From assembly GCA_045656865.1 (NCBI GenBank), contig JAZOSB010000025.1, positions 8,032-72,031 on the forward strand: a stretch of DNA of 64,000 nt. Reading direction: 5' to 3'. The translations under genes and the position numbers were made by a program. Below, piece by piece: positions 55,411-64,000 of the stretch (positions are counted from its first letter, which is position 1; every line of letters begins with the position of its first letter). This DNA is from Clostridia bacterium. Lineage in GTDB: Bacteria; Bacillota; Clostridia; UMGS1883. The notes beneath the pieces were generated by a model. That model worked only from the letters and a program-made list of their open reading frames with translations, did not search any database and was not told the DNA's origin.

Positions 55411-56103
55411 ATGATTATTAAGCTTGCAGGACTTATTATTGATGTAAAAAATAAATATCCCTATTTTAACGATTTCTGCCGTGGCTTTGAAGCGGAGGGA
55501 AAGCCCCACTTCACCGTGAAAGTACCCGACAAGGTGCTGAAAAAAGCCATAGAAAGTAACCCTGATTATTCTGACGGATATCTGGAATCTCTTGAAATCT
55601 ACCGTATAATCTGCCGTAAGATTTTGGATTACGATGCAATGCTGATGCACTGTGCCGCAGTAGCAGTTGACGGAGAGGCGTATCTTTTCACGGCAGTCAG
55701 CGGTACGGGAAAGACTACTCATATAAAGCTGTGGGCAAAAAAATTCGGCGACAGATTTTTGGTGGTAAACGGTGACAAGCCTATTCTCCGTATGCGTAAA
55801 GGAAAGTTTTTCGCCTGCGGAACACCGTGGAGAGGTAAGGAAAACTACGGACACAATGTAGTTGCACCGATTAAGGCAGTATGTATCCTTGAACGCGGTG
55901 AAACCAACGAAATCACAAAAATTGCCCCCCATGAGGCGATTTCCACGGTGCTGACACAGACCTTACGTACTGAGGATATGCGTGAAATGGAAAAAATGCT
56001 TATTCTTACGGACAAGCTTTTAGGTAGTGTGCCTTTTTACAGACTACGCTGCAATATGAACCCCGAGGCAGCGGAAGTTTCCTATAACGGAATGCAGGAG
56101 TGA
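55411..56103 (+). CDS. P-loop protein of unknown function, HPr-kinase-like core
   Basis: 230 aa. Walker A-like SGTGKTTH is followed by LVVNGDKPIL and GTPWRGKE. The layout resembles the HprK C-terminal domain / HprK-related kinases, by recall only. Confidence 0.55.
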   Translation: MIIKLAGLIIDVKNKYPYFNDFCRGFEAEGKPHFTVKVPDKVLKKAIESNPDYSDGYLESLEIYRIICRKILDYDAMLMHCAAVAVDGEAYLFTAVSGTGKTTHIKLWAKKFGDRFLVVNGDKPILRMRKGKFFACGTPWRGKENYGHNVVAPIKAVCILERGETNEITKIAPHEAISTVLTQTLRTEDMREMEKMLILTDKLLGSVPFYRLRCNMNPEAAEVSYNGMQE

Positions 56104-56107
56104 GATA

Positions 56108-56323
56108 ATGTTTAACAGAAGAAAAATTAAAGAATCCGACAGTTGCCGTTATTGCAAAAACCTTGTGAAAAATGGTGAAGAATACACCTGCAAATATGCA
56201 AAGGATGAATTTAAGCTCAGCGGAATCTGTAAGAAATATGTGTTTAATCCCTTTGCACCCAGAGTACCCAGAGTTCGCAATTTGGACACAACAATGTTTG
56301 ACCCACTCGACTTTAAGATTTAG
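56108..56323 (+). CDS. Small 4-Cys protein (71 aa) of unknown function
   Basis: CRYC...C(K)...C spacing (CxxC-x12-C-x13-C) and a basic N-terminus. It starts 4 nt after the preceding stop, which suggests co-translation. Confidence 0.5.
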   Translation: MFNRRKIKESDSCRYCKNLVKNGEEYTCKYAKDEFKLSGICKKYVFNPFAPRVPRVRNLDTTMFDPLDFKI

Positions 56324-56596
56324 CCGAAAGAGGATAATCCGAATCCGCCTGAAACGGTGTTATTTCGGTATATTTCGGCTTGTCATCTTTGCAAGGCGTC
56401 AGCCTTGCTGCATCTTCCGCACCAAAATCTACACTAAATTCCATCCGTTTCAGGTCGCAGAATTTTAAAAGTGCAGATTTTTGGTTTCACAAGGCAAAAA
56501 CGCAGGAAATACTTTGTGTATTTCCGAGTATTTTAACACAGAGAAAGCGAAAATCTGCCTTTTAAAATCGAGGCTTGGATTATTCTCTTTCGGCTA
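56321..56596. repeat. Nested-palindrome intergenic element, copy C (276 bp)
   Basis: Termini TAGCCGAAAGAGGATAATCC / GGATTATTCTCTTTCGGCTA. Internal pairs are CCTGAAACGG/CCGTTTCAGG and CCAAAATCTACAC/GTGCAGATTTTTGG, plus the hairpin GCAAGGC-GTCA-GCCTTGC. It spans the region from the upstream stop codon to the luxS SD. Confidence 0.8.
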
Positions 56597-56606
56597 AGGT
56601 GATTTT

Positions 56607-57068
56607 ATGAAACCCCAGAAAATAGAAAGCTTTAAAATAGACCATAATAAACTAAACCCCGGAATCTATGTGTCCCGTACAGACGGGGACATTGTGACTT
56701 ATGACCTCCGCACAAGGAAGCCCAATATGGGTGATTATATGGACCATGCCACAATGCACAGTGTGGAGCATATGATTGCCACATATATCCGCAGCTCATC
56801 AATCGGACAGGATATAATATATTTCGGACCTATGGGTTGCCAGACGGGATTTTATCTCCTTGTAAGAAACGGTGATAACGATGAAGTTCTTGCCGTGGTA
56901 AAGGAAACCTTGAAAAAGATTATTTCTCACGAGGGAGAGGTTTTCGGGGCATCGCAGATTGAATGCGGAAACTACAAAAATCTTGATATAACCCTTGCAA
57001 AAGAGGAATGCAGAAAATATCTGGATATTCTGGAGAGCTACACTCCAGATTTTAAATATGAGGTGTAA
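56607..57068 (+). CDS. luxS: S-ribosylhomocysteine lyase
   Basis: 153 aa with the metal motif HSVEH and a conserved GCQTGFY block. Confidence 0.94.
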   Translation: MKPQKIESFKIDHNKLNPGIYVSRTDGDIVTYDLRTRKPNMGDYMDHATMHSVEHMIATYIRSSSIGQDIIYFGPMGCQTGFYLLVRNGDNDEVLAVVKETLKKIISHEGEVFGASQIECGNYKNLDITLAKEECRKYLDILESYTPDFKYEV

Positions 57069-57070
57069 AA

Positions 57071-57742
57071 ATGATTGGTATTATCGGTGCAATGGACATT
57101 GAAATCGAACACATCAATGCCGTAATGGAAGAAAAAGAGGAATTTACCGTAAGCGGTGCTTTGTATACAAGGGGCACTATTGACGGAAAAGATGTTGTCA
57201 CAGCGGTATGCGGTATCGGCAAGGTGTTTGCCGCTATGTGTGCACAGACAATGATAGTAAAATTTGGTGCAGACACGGTTATCAACACTGGTGTTGCAGG
57301 CGGTCTTACAGATAAAACCGACATTCTTGATACAGTAGTTGCAACGGCTCTTGTTCAGCACGATATGGATACTACATATTTCGGTGACCCAAAGGGTATG
57401 ATTTCAGGCATTAATGTGGTGGAATTTCCCTGTGACAAAGCCCTTGCAGAAAAAATTACCGCTAATGTTGAGGGTAATTGTGTACGCGGTATTGTGGCAT
57501 CAGGCGACTGTTTTATTGCAGATAATGACAAAAAGAAAGAAATCAGCGAAACCTTTAAAGCCGTTGCCTGCGAAATGGAGGGTGCAGCAATTGCACAGGT
57601 GTGTTATGTGAATAAAACTCCTTTCTGTGTGCTTCGTACTATCTCCGACGGAGCAAACGGTGAAGAGATGAGTTACGAGAAATTCAGAGAAGTAGCAGCA
57701 GAAAAAGCGGCAAATATTATTATAAAAACTATAAAAGGGTGA
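57071..57742 (+). CDS. mtnN: 5'-methylthioadenosine/S-adenosylhomocysteine nucleosidase
   Basis: 223 aa, PNP_UDP_1 fold (IGIIGAMDIE, CEMEGAAIAQV). Confidence 0.92.
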   Translation: MIGIIGAMDIEIEHINAVMEEKEEFTVSGALYTRGTIDGKDVVTAVCGIGKVFAAMCAQTMIVKFGADTVINTGVAGGLTDKTDILDTVVATALVQHDMDTTYFGDPKGMISGINVVEFPCDKALAEKITANVEGNCVRGIVASGDCFIADNDKKKEISETFKAVACEMEGAAIAQVCYVNKTPFCVLRTISDGANGEEMSYEKFREVAAEKAANIIIKTIKG

Positions 57743-57749
57743 AAATGAA

Positions 57750-58490
57750 ATGAAAAGCATTGTTCTCGCGGCAGGATATGCTACAAGGCTGTATCCTCTT
57801 ACTGAAAATTTCCCCAAACCTCTTTTGGAGGTTCGGGGAAGAAGTATTCTTGACAGACTTCTTGACGACATCGACAGTATTGACGGAATTGACGAGCATA
57901 TTATAATCTCCAACCACAAGTATGTGGAGCATTTTGAAAACTGGAAGAAAGAGTGCAAGCTCAAAAACCCCGTTACAATTATTGACGACGGCTCAATCTC
58001 CAACGAAACACGGCTTGGTGCGGTTAAGGATATACAGTTTGCAATTGATACCTTGAAGCTTGACGATGACCTTCTGATTGTTGCAGGGGACAATATTCTT
58101 GATTTTTCATTCAAGCCCTTTGTAAAGCTTTTCTGGGAGAAAAACACAGCCGTTGTTATGTGCAGCTACAAGGAGGATGTAAATGCTCTTCGTAAAAGCG
58201 GTGTTATGATTCCCGACGCAGATTTTAAGGTAATTTCTATGGAGGAAAAGCCCCAGGATCCCAAGAGCAATTGGTGTGTAGGTCCGTTCTACATATACAA
58301 GAGGGAGGAGCTTCCCCTTGTAAAACAGGGTATCGAGGACGGCTGCGGTACAGATGCACCGGGCAGTTTTATCAGCTATCTGTGTCAGAAAACAGACGTG
58401 TACGCTCTTAAAATGCCCGGCGCACGTTATGATATAGGAACACTTGAAAGCTATGAAGAAGTAAAGAAAATATTTAGTGAAAAGAACTGA
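57750..58490 (+). CDS. Sugar-phosphate nucleotidyltransferase family protein
   Basis: 246 aa with the N-terminal motif LAAGYATRLYPLTENFPKPLL. The specificity is unknown. Confidence 0.75.
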   Translation: MKSIVLAAGYATRLYPLTENFPKPLLEVRGRSILDRLLDDIDSIDGIDEHIIISNHKYVEHFENWKKECKLKNPVTIIDDGSISNETRLGAVKDIQFAIDTLKLDDDLLIVAGDNILDFSFKPFVKLFWEKNTAVVMCSYKEDVNALRKSGVMIPDADFKVISMEEKPQDPKSNWCVGPFYIYKREELPLVKQGIEDGCGTDAPGSFISYLCQKTDVYALKMPGARYDIGTLESYEEVKKIFSEKN

Positions 58491-58504
58491 AAAAGAGTGC
58501 TTGG

Positions 58505-59314
58505 TTAACCAAGCACTCTTTCTGCGTTTTTATACTTAATTTTTTCTAAATCATCTTCATCAAGGTCAAGACTTAAAAGATAATCATACGCCTGACGGGG
58601 ACTTTGCCAGGGATTATCGCTTCCGAAAAGGAATTTGTCTGCACCGTGGCGGAGAATCATATCCTTGCACTTTTCTTTGTCCAGAAATCCGCAGGTCATT
58701 GAAGTATCCATATAAATATCGGTGCCTATTAAATATTTATCCACATCATCCCACAGGGAAAAACTGCCGAAATGTGCCGCAATAATATTTTTGCAGCCTG
58801 TTTTGTCAAGAAGTTTTCTAAGCCTTTCAGGGGTACATTTAAAGGGTGGTTTATATCCATAATCCTCCCCTGCGTGAAACAGCACCCACAAGCCCAGCTC
58901 TTTACATTTTTTAACAATTTTTTCTACAATAGGCTCATCAATAAAAAACGTCTGAAATTCAGGATGCATTTTTATTCCTTTAAGACCATAAGAGGCAATA
59001 TACTCCAGAGTTTCCTCCCAATCCTCCTGACGCGGATGAACGCTGCCAAAAGAAATAATCCTCTTGTTATCGGCTATTTCCTTGGCAAAGCGATTTATGG
59101 TTGTGTGCTGTGTGGGAGAGGTTGCAATAGGCATAACAATACTCATATCAACCCCGCACTCGTCCATTGAACGGAGAAGTCCTTTTAAAGTGCCGTCGGT
59201 TTGAGGCTTTAAAAGAAGTGTTCCGTGAGTATTTATAATTCCCTGCTCCAATACCTCCAATGCGCGGGAGGCAATTTTATCGGGGAATAAATGTGTGTGA
59301 AAATCAATTAACAT
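58505..59314 (-). CDS. Amidohydrolase family metal-dependent hydrolase
   Basis: 269 aa. N-terminal IDFHTHLFP motif and a TIM-barrel hydrolase pattern. Confidence 0.75.
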   Translation of the reverse strand: MLIDFHTHLFPDKIASRALEVLEQGIINTHGTLLLKPQTDGTLKGLLRSMDECGVDMSIVMPIATSPTQHTTINRFAKEIADNKRIISFGSVHPRQEDWEETLEYIASYGLKGIKMHPEFQTFFIDEPIVEKIVKKCKELGLWVLFHAGEDYGYKPPFKCTPERLRKLLDKTGCKNIIAAHFGSFSLWDDVDKYLIGTDIYMDTSMTCGFLDKEKCKDMILRHGADKFLFGSDNPWQSPRQAYDYLLSLDLDEDDLEKIKYKNAERVLG

Positions 59315-59345
59315 AATATCAGTCCTTTAAAAAGGGAGTTTAAAT

Positions 59346-59373
59346 AGAGGATGCAGAATTTCCTGCATCCTCT
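59346..59373 (-). terminator. Hairpin after valS
   Basis: AGAGGATGCAG-AATTTC-CTGCATCCTCT. The trailing T tract is weak. Confidence 0.55.
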
Positions 59374-59383
59374 ATAATTATTA

Positions 59384-62005
59384 TTAGCCTAATTTAGAAA
59401 GTGATTCAAGCACTTTTTCATACATCTCTCTGTACTTAACGCCTTTTGCCTTCTCTTCTTCAATCAGCTTCGCAGGAGCTTTTGCTACAAAGCCCTGATT
59501 GGAAAGCTTCTTTTCGACTCTGTCGATTTCAGACTGGAGACGTTCCTTTTCCTTGGTAAGACGTTCCTTTTCCTTTTCTGTGTCAATAAGCTCGTCCATG
59601 GGCATAAATATCTTTGCCCCCTCAACAATTACGCTTACGCTACCTTCAGGAACACCTGCTTCGCTGTCTGTTACCACAACATCTTTTGCACCTGCAAGCT
59701 TTTCATAGAATGCAATACCGCTTTCAAAAAGCTCCTTATTATCTGTCACGATAATCATACTTGCTCTTCTTGACGGGGGAACATTCATTTCTGTTCTCAG
59801 GTTACGAACACTCTTTATAGCATCGCAGATAACTGCCATTTTCTTTTCTTCATCGGGGAAAGAAAGAGCATCTGTGTAAAGAGGCCACTGTGATGTCATA
59901 ATTGTTTCCTCACCGGTAGGAAGTGCGCAGAAGATTTCCTCTGTGATGAAAGGCATAAAGGGATGGAGAAGCTTTAATATTCCGCTTAATACATAGCAGA
60001 GAGTTCTCTGTGCATCAAGCTTGCTTTCTGTATTCTCACCGTAAAGACGGGGCTTTACAAGCTCAATATACCAGTCACAGAATTCATCCCAGATAAAGTC
60101 GTAGAGGTTGCCGAGTGCCACGCCAAGCTCAAACTTGTCAAGGTTTTCGGTAACGGACTTAACAACGCTGTTATAACGGGAGATAATCCACTTATCCTCA
60201 GTCTGGGGTGCTTTGGGGAGGGTACATTCCTCAACCTCAAGATTCATAAGAACAAATCTTGCCGCATTCCAGATTTTGTTAGCGAAGTTTCTGCTTGATT
60301 CAACTCTTTCCCAATAGAAACGCATATCGTTACCGGGTGCGTTACCTGTTGCGAGAGTGAAACGAAGTGCATCTGCGCCGTATTTATCAATAACCTCAAG
60401 GGGGTCAATACCGTTTCCGAGGGATTTACTCATCTTTCTTCCCTGACTGTCACGGACAATACCGTGAATAAACACGTGACGGAACGGAGGCTTTTTCATA
60501 TGCTCACATCCGCTGAAAATCATTCTTGCAACCCAGAAGAAAATAATGTCATAACCCGTAACAAGAGTGCTTGTGGGATAGTAATACTTAAGCTCGGGAG
60601 TTTCATCAGGCCAGCCGAGTGTTGAGAAAGGCCAGAGTGCAGAGGAGAACCATGTATCAAGCACATCTTCTTCCTGATGCATAGGCTTGCCGCACTTGGG
60701 ACAGGTATCAAGGTCAGTCTTGCTTACAACCATTTCGCCGCAGGCATCACAGTAGAATGCAGGGATTCTGTGTCCCCACCAGAGCTGACGGGAAATACAC
60801 CAGTCGTGTACGTTTTCCATCCAGTTTGTATATGTCTTGGTGAAACGCTCGGGAACAAACTCAACCTCACCGTCACGAACAACGCGGAGAGCTTCTTCAG
60901 CAAGGGGCTTCATCTTAACAAACCACTGGTCGCTTGTGAGAGGCTCAACAGTAGTGCTGCAGCGGTAGCAAGTACCAACATTGTGAGTATAGTCCTCAAT
61001 CTTTATAAGAGCACCGCACTCTTCAAGGTCCTTAACAATCTCTTTTCTTGCCTCATAACGGTCCATACCCTCGTACTTACCGCCCTGTGCGTTGATGGAA
61101 GCATCGTCATTCATTACGTTGATAATGGGAAGATTGTGACGAAGACCAACCTCAAAGTCGTAGGGGTCGTGAGCAGGTGTAATCTTAACGGCACCTGTTC
61201 CGAAATCCTTTTCAACATATTCGTCTGCAACAATCGGAATTTCTCTTCCTACAAGGGGAAGAATACAGGTCTTGCCAACAAGGTCCTGGTATCTTTCGTC
61301 CTCAGGATGAACTGCAATGGCTGTATCGCCAAGGAGTGTTTCAGGACGGGTTGTAGCAATTTCAATATAGCGGTCGGAGTCACTCATCTTATAGCGGATG
61401 TGCCAGAAATGACCGGGCTGCTCTGTATATTCAACCTCCGCATCAGAAAGTGCAGTTGCACAGCTGGGACACCAGTTGATGATTTTGTTACCCTTGTAAA
61501 TAAGTCCCTTTTCGTAAAGGTTTACGAAAACTTCACGTACAGCTTTGGAGCAACCTTCATCCATTGTGAAACGCTCTCTCTCCCAGTCGCAGGAGCAACC
61601 GAGCTTTTTGAGCTGATTGATGATACGGTCACCAAATTTATTTTTCCAGTCCCATACTCTTTCAAGGAACTTTTCGCGGCCTAAGTCGTAACGGGTAAGC
61701 CCTTCGTTCACACGGAGGTTTTCCTCCACCTTAATCTGAGTTGCGATACCTGCGTGGTCAGTACCCGGTACCCAGAGAGCAGAGTAGCCCTGCATTCTCT
61801 TATAACGGATTAAAACGTCCTGCAAGGTTTCGTCAAGAGCGTGTCCCATATGGAGCTGACCTGTTACGTTGGGAGGAGGAATTACAATTGTGTAAGGCTC
61901 CTTCTTACTGTCGGGTTCAGCATGGAAATATCCGCCGTCAATCCATTTTTTATAAAGCTTGTCCTCGATTTCTGACGGATTATAGGTTTTTTCTAAGTTC
62001 TTCAA
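59384..62005 (-). CDS. valS: Valine--tRNA ligase
   Basis: 873 aa. Class I motifs HMGH (LHMGHAL) and KMSKS, a CP1 editing domain and a C-terminal coiled coil. Confidence 0.96.
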   Translation of the reverse strand: MKNLEKTYNPSEIEDKLYKKWIDGGYFHAEPDSKKEPYTIVIPPPNVTGQLHMGHALDETLQDVLIRYKRMQGYSALWVPGTDHAGIATQIKVEENLRVNEGLTRYDLGREKFLERVWDWKNKFGDRIINQLKKLGCSCDWERERFTMDEGCSKAVREVFVNLYEKGLIYKGNKIINWCPSCATALSDAEVEYTEQPGHFWHIRYKMSDSDRYIEIATTRPETLLGDTAIAVHPEDERYQDLVGKTCILPLVGREIPIVADEYVEKDFGTGAVKITPAHDPYDFEVGLRHNLPIINVMNDDASINAQGGKYEGMDRYEARKEIVKDLEECGALIKIEDYTHNVGTCYRCSTTVEPLTSDQWFVKMKPLAEEALRVVRDGEVEFVPERFTKTYTNWMENVHDWCISRQLWWGHRIPAFYCDACGEMVVSKTDLDTCPKCGKPMHQEEDVLDTWFSSALWPFSTLGWPDETPELKYYYPTSTLVTGYDIIFFWVARMIFSGCEHMKKPPFRHVFIHGIVRDSQGRKMSKSLGNGIDPLEVIDKYGADALRFTLATGNAPGNDMRFYWERVESSRNFANKIWNAARFVLMNLEVEECTLPKAPQTEDKWIISRYNSVVKSVTENLDKFELGVALGNLYDFIWDEFCDWYIELVKPRLYGENTESKLDAQRTLCYVLSGILKLLHPFMPFITEEIFCALPTGEETIMTSQWPLYTDALSFPDEEKKMAVICDAIKSVRNLRTEMNVPPSRRASMIIVTDNKELFESGIAFYEKLAGAKDVVVTDSEAGVPEGSVSVIVEGAKIFMPMDELIDTEKEKERLTKEKERLQSEIDRVEKKLSNQGFVAKAPAKLIEEEKAKGVKYREMYEKVLESLSKLG

Positions 62006-62023
62006 TATATATCCATCCTTTCA

Positions 62024-62194
62024 TTATTTTCCAAAGATAAATAAAAGTGAAATTGATATAACAACAATAACAAGTGCAATGACCTTTAACCTGAGCTCGG
62101 GAATATTAAGCTTATTCCCGATTGGGCGTGCCGTATAGTTAAGGGTTGCACCCAATATGGCAAATACTAAAAATATAATTCCCCTGATACTCAT
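62024..62194 (-). CDS. Small two-helix membrane protein (56 aa)
   Basis: MSIRGIIFLVFAILGATLNY...VIALVIVVISISLLFIFGK. It ends 18 nt before the valS ATG. The choice of start is uncertain. Confidence 0.45.
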   Translation of the reverse strand: MSIRGIIFLVFAILGATLNYTARPIGNKLNIPELRLKVIALVIVVISISLLFIFGK

Positions 62195-62337
62195 AAAATC
62201 ACCCACTTTACGCATTATATCATTATATAATAATACCACACAACCCAATAGTTGTCCACCATTTTTTGATTTTAATGGATAAAATGTATAGAATTTTCCT
62301 TTTATGTAAAGAATATAAACACAAAAGGAGGTTCAAT

Positions 62338-62997
62338 ATGCTGAAAAAACGAACTTTTACAGTTGTTGCGACTTTTCTTCTTCTGTTAACTGTGTGTGTA
62401 AATACTTTTGCAGTATCAAAGCCTGGCTCAAGAGGAGAAGAGGTCAAAAAAATTCAGACAAAGCTCAAAAACTGGGGCTATTACGCAGGGAGTGTAGACG
62501 GAGTTTACGGATGGCAAACGGAGAGTGCAGTCCGCAGCTTCCAGAAAAAGAACGGACTTACCGTTGACGGTATTGCAGGGACAAAAACCCTTAACGCAAT
62601 GGGGATTTCATCATCCTCATCATCAGGACAGACTGCATCCCCAAACGAGGCAAATATTGAGCTTCTTGCAAGGGTAATAAACGGTGAGGCAAGGGGCGAG
62701 CCCTACGAGGGACAGGTTGCGGTAGGAGCCGTTGTCCTTAACCGTGTTGACCACCCCTCTTTCCCAAACAGTATTTCAGGAGTGGTTTATCAAAAAGGTG
62801 CATTTACCGCCGTTGACGACGGCCAGATAAATGCCGCTATGTATGCAAGCAGCCGCCGTGCCGCACGTGACGCTCTTAATGGATGGGACCCGACAGGAGG
62901 GGCAATTTATTATTATAATCCCAGGACTGCCACCAATCAGTGGATAAGAACACGCGAGGTTATTTGCACCATAGGGGAGCATGTATTCTGCAATTGA
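62338..62997 (+). CDS. sleB: Spore cortex-lytic enzyme SleB-like (PG-binding domain + Hydrolase_2 domain)
   Basis: The ATG at 62338 follows AAGGAGG. It has a signal peptide, the PG_binding_1 repeat (VKKIQTKLKNWGYYAGSVDGVYG...) and the catalytic block VINGEARGEPYEGQVAVGAVVLNR. Confidence 0.88.
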   Translation: MLKKRTFTVVATFLLLLTVCVNTFAVSKPGSRGEEVKKIQTKLKNWGYYAGSVDGVYGWQTESAVRSFQKKNGLTVDGIAGTKTLNAMGISSSSSSGQTASPNEANIELLARVINGEARGEPYEGQVAVGAVVLNRVDHPSFPNSISGVVYQKGAFTAVDDGQINAAMYASSRRAARDALNGWDPTGGAIYYYNPRTATNQWIRTREVICTIGEHVFCN

Positions 62998-63040
62998 CAA
63001 CAAAACATTTGTTGTGATAAAATAACTGCGGTGAATTAAT

Positions 63041-63358
63041 ATGTATTATGTTTATTTAATGCGGTGCAGTGATAATTCCCTCTATTGCGGAATCACAACC
63101 GATTTATACCGCAGGTTTCGGGAACACACAAATAAAGAAAATCCTAAAGGGGCAAAATATACCCACGCGAAAGAGGTTATTTCCATTGCCGCGGCGTGGC
63201 AGACAGATGCAGGGAGAAGTGAGGCCTCAAAGCTTGAAGCTAGGCTTAAGAAACTCCCCAAAGAAAAAAAGGAAATCCTCTGTGAATTTCCCGAAAGACT
63301 TTATGAATTTTATAGTGGTGAACAAGTTTTTATAAGCATAACAATACAACCGATGTGA
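63041..63358 (+). CDS. GIY-YIG nuclease family protein (UPF0213)
   Basis: 105 aa. YYVYLMRCSDNSLYCGITTDLYRRFREH matches the GIY-YIG motif. Confidence 0.85.
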   Translation: MYYVYLMRCSDNSLYCGITTDLYRRFREHTNKENPKGAKYTHAKEVISIAAAWQTDAGRSEASKLEARLKKLPKEKKEILCEFPERLYEFYSGEQVFISITIQPM

Positions 63359-63380
63359 ATTTGTCACATCGGTTGTATTG
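63342..63380. terminator. Bidirectional terminator between convergent genes
   Basis: A perfect 17-bp stem CAATACAACCGATGTGA/TCACATCGGTTGTATTG with a 5-nt loop. Confidence 0.8.
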
Positions 63381-63665
63381 TTATTTGCATTTTTCTATAA
63401 TATTTTTGTATCCGCCGTCACCGTAGTTAAGACATCGGTTAACTCTTGAAATGGTAGTTGTGGAAGCACCCGTTGCCTGAACAATTTCGTTAAAGGTTTT
63501 TCCCCCTAAAAGCATTTTTGCGACCTGAAGGCGTTGTGTCATTGTTTCAAGCTCTTTCATTGTGCAGATGTCTTCAAAAAACAGTCTGCACTCCTCCTCA
63601 TTTCCAAGAGAAAGGATGGCGTTATATAATTCTTTGAAATCGTTGGATTTAGTCATATTCATCAA
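63381..63665 (-). CDS. YerC/YecD-family TrpR-like DNA-binding protein
   Basis: 94 aa. The conserved block ELETMTQRLQVAKML...ATGASTTTISRVNRCL is typical of the family. Confidence 0.85.
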   Translation of the reverse strand: MMNMTKSNDFKELYNAILSLGNEEECRLFFEDICTMKELETMTQRLQVAKMLLGGKTFNEIVQATGASTTTISRVNRCLNYGDGGYKNIIEKCK

Positions 63666-63671
63666 TCCCTT

Positions 63672-64000
63672 TTAATTTTCACTGAGTTTACTGAGGAAGT
63701 GCTTCGTTTTGTCATTCTTGGGGTTGTCAAGCACCTCTTCGGGAGTGCCGTCTTCAAGCACAACTCCGTCTGCCATAAATATAATTCTGTCTGCAACATT
63801 GCGTGCAAACTCTATTTCGTGTGTTACAATTACCATAGTGGTCTGCTTCTTTGCCAAATCACGGATTACACGGAGAATTTCACCCGTAAGTTCGGGGTCA
63901 AGAGCACTTGTAGGCTCGTCAAAGAACAAAACCTTGGGATTAAGTGCCAATGCGCGGGCAATAGAAACTCTCTGCTGCTGACCGCCCGAAAGCTGACAGG
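63672..64000 (-). CDS. Amino-acid ABC transporter ATP-binding protein (N-terminus outside window)
   Basis: The signature region through the C-terminus is visible ([34 protein letters not shown]). It is GlnQ-like. Confidence 0.88.
   Translation of the reverse strand, partial: CQLSGGQQQRVSIARALALNPKVLFFDEPTSALDPELTGEILRVIRDLAKKQTTMVIVTHEIEFARNVADRIIFMADGVVLEDGTPEEVLDNPKNDKTKHFLSKLSEN

Noticed and set aside
56172-56565. ORFs 56172-56468 and 56380-56565 overlapping repeat copy C
   Set aside because: They are out of frame with the SD-preceded 71-aa gene and have no SD. The aligned copy B1 carries indels and contains no ORF of 60 aa or more in the track, so no reading frame is preserved there.
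1-64000. CRISPR arrays, transposases, integrases, prophage or restriction/defence gene clusters
   Set aside because: I found no short direct-repeat/spacer array. No ORF has recombinase, Cas, RT or restriction-enzyme motifs. The only mobile-like features are the protein-less palindromic repeats reported above.

Overview
This 64-kb window is a chromosomal segment from a spore-forming, low-to-moderate-GC Firmicute. The protein sequences look Clostridia / Ruminococcaceae-like, but that is an inference and no search was run. Most of it is densely packed housekeeping genes:
- proline synthesis (proB, proA, proC) behind dusB
- an ACT-hom-aspartokinase operon, then cysK and proS
- murF, rpsO-pnp and gdhA
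- mutS2, two phosphofructokinases and a ROK glucokinase
- the ctsR-mcsA-mcsB-clpC stress operon with its operator
- comEC, rlmB and potABCD
- a tRNA-Thr/tRNA-Tyr pair
- lysA, luxS-mtnN and valS
- sporulation genes (spoVAC, spoVAD, a SpoVB-like flippase, cotF-like, sleB)
- amino-acid ABC transporter genes cut off at both window edges

I saw no CRISPR array, transposase, integrase or prophage.

The most unusual signal is non-coding. A family of long nested-palindromic intergenic elements occurs at 48247-48523, 48641-48798 and 56321-56596. They share long sequence blocks, and their pairing arms differ between copies while staying complementary. A larger, hyper-structured 590-bp locus at 23731-24316 may be a distant relative. 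Two of the copies sit in a 940-nt untranslated stretch that has its own promoter and terminator-like hairpins just upstream of potABCD.

Secondary candidates:
- a P-loop (HPr-kinase-like) protein paired with a small 4-Cys protein (55411-56323)
- a low-GC sigma / anti-sigma / secreted-protein / XRE islet (39076-41452)
- an XRE switch with a perfect 16-bp palindromic operator (47530-48110)
- a low-GC MFS gene bracketed by direct repeats
- a tRNA-Tyr 3-prime fragment duplicated next to the tRNA genes

All calls come from reading the sequence and the ORF translations. No database search or folding program was run.
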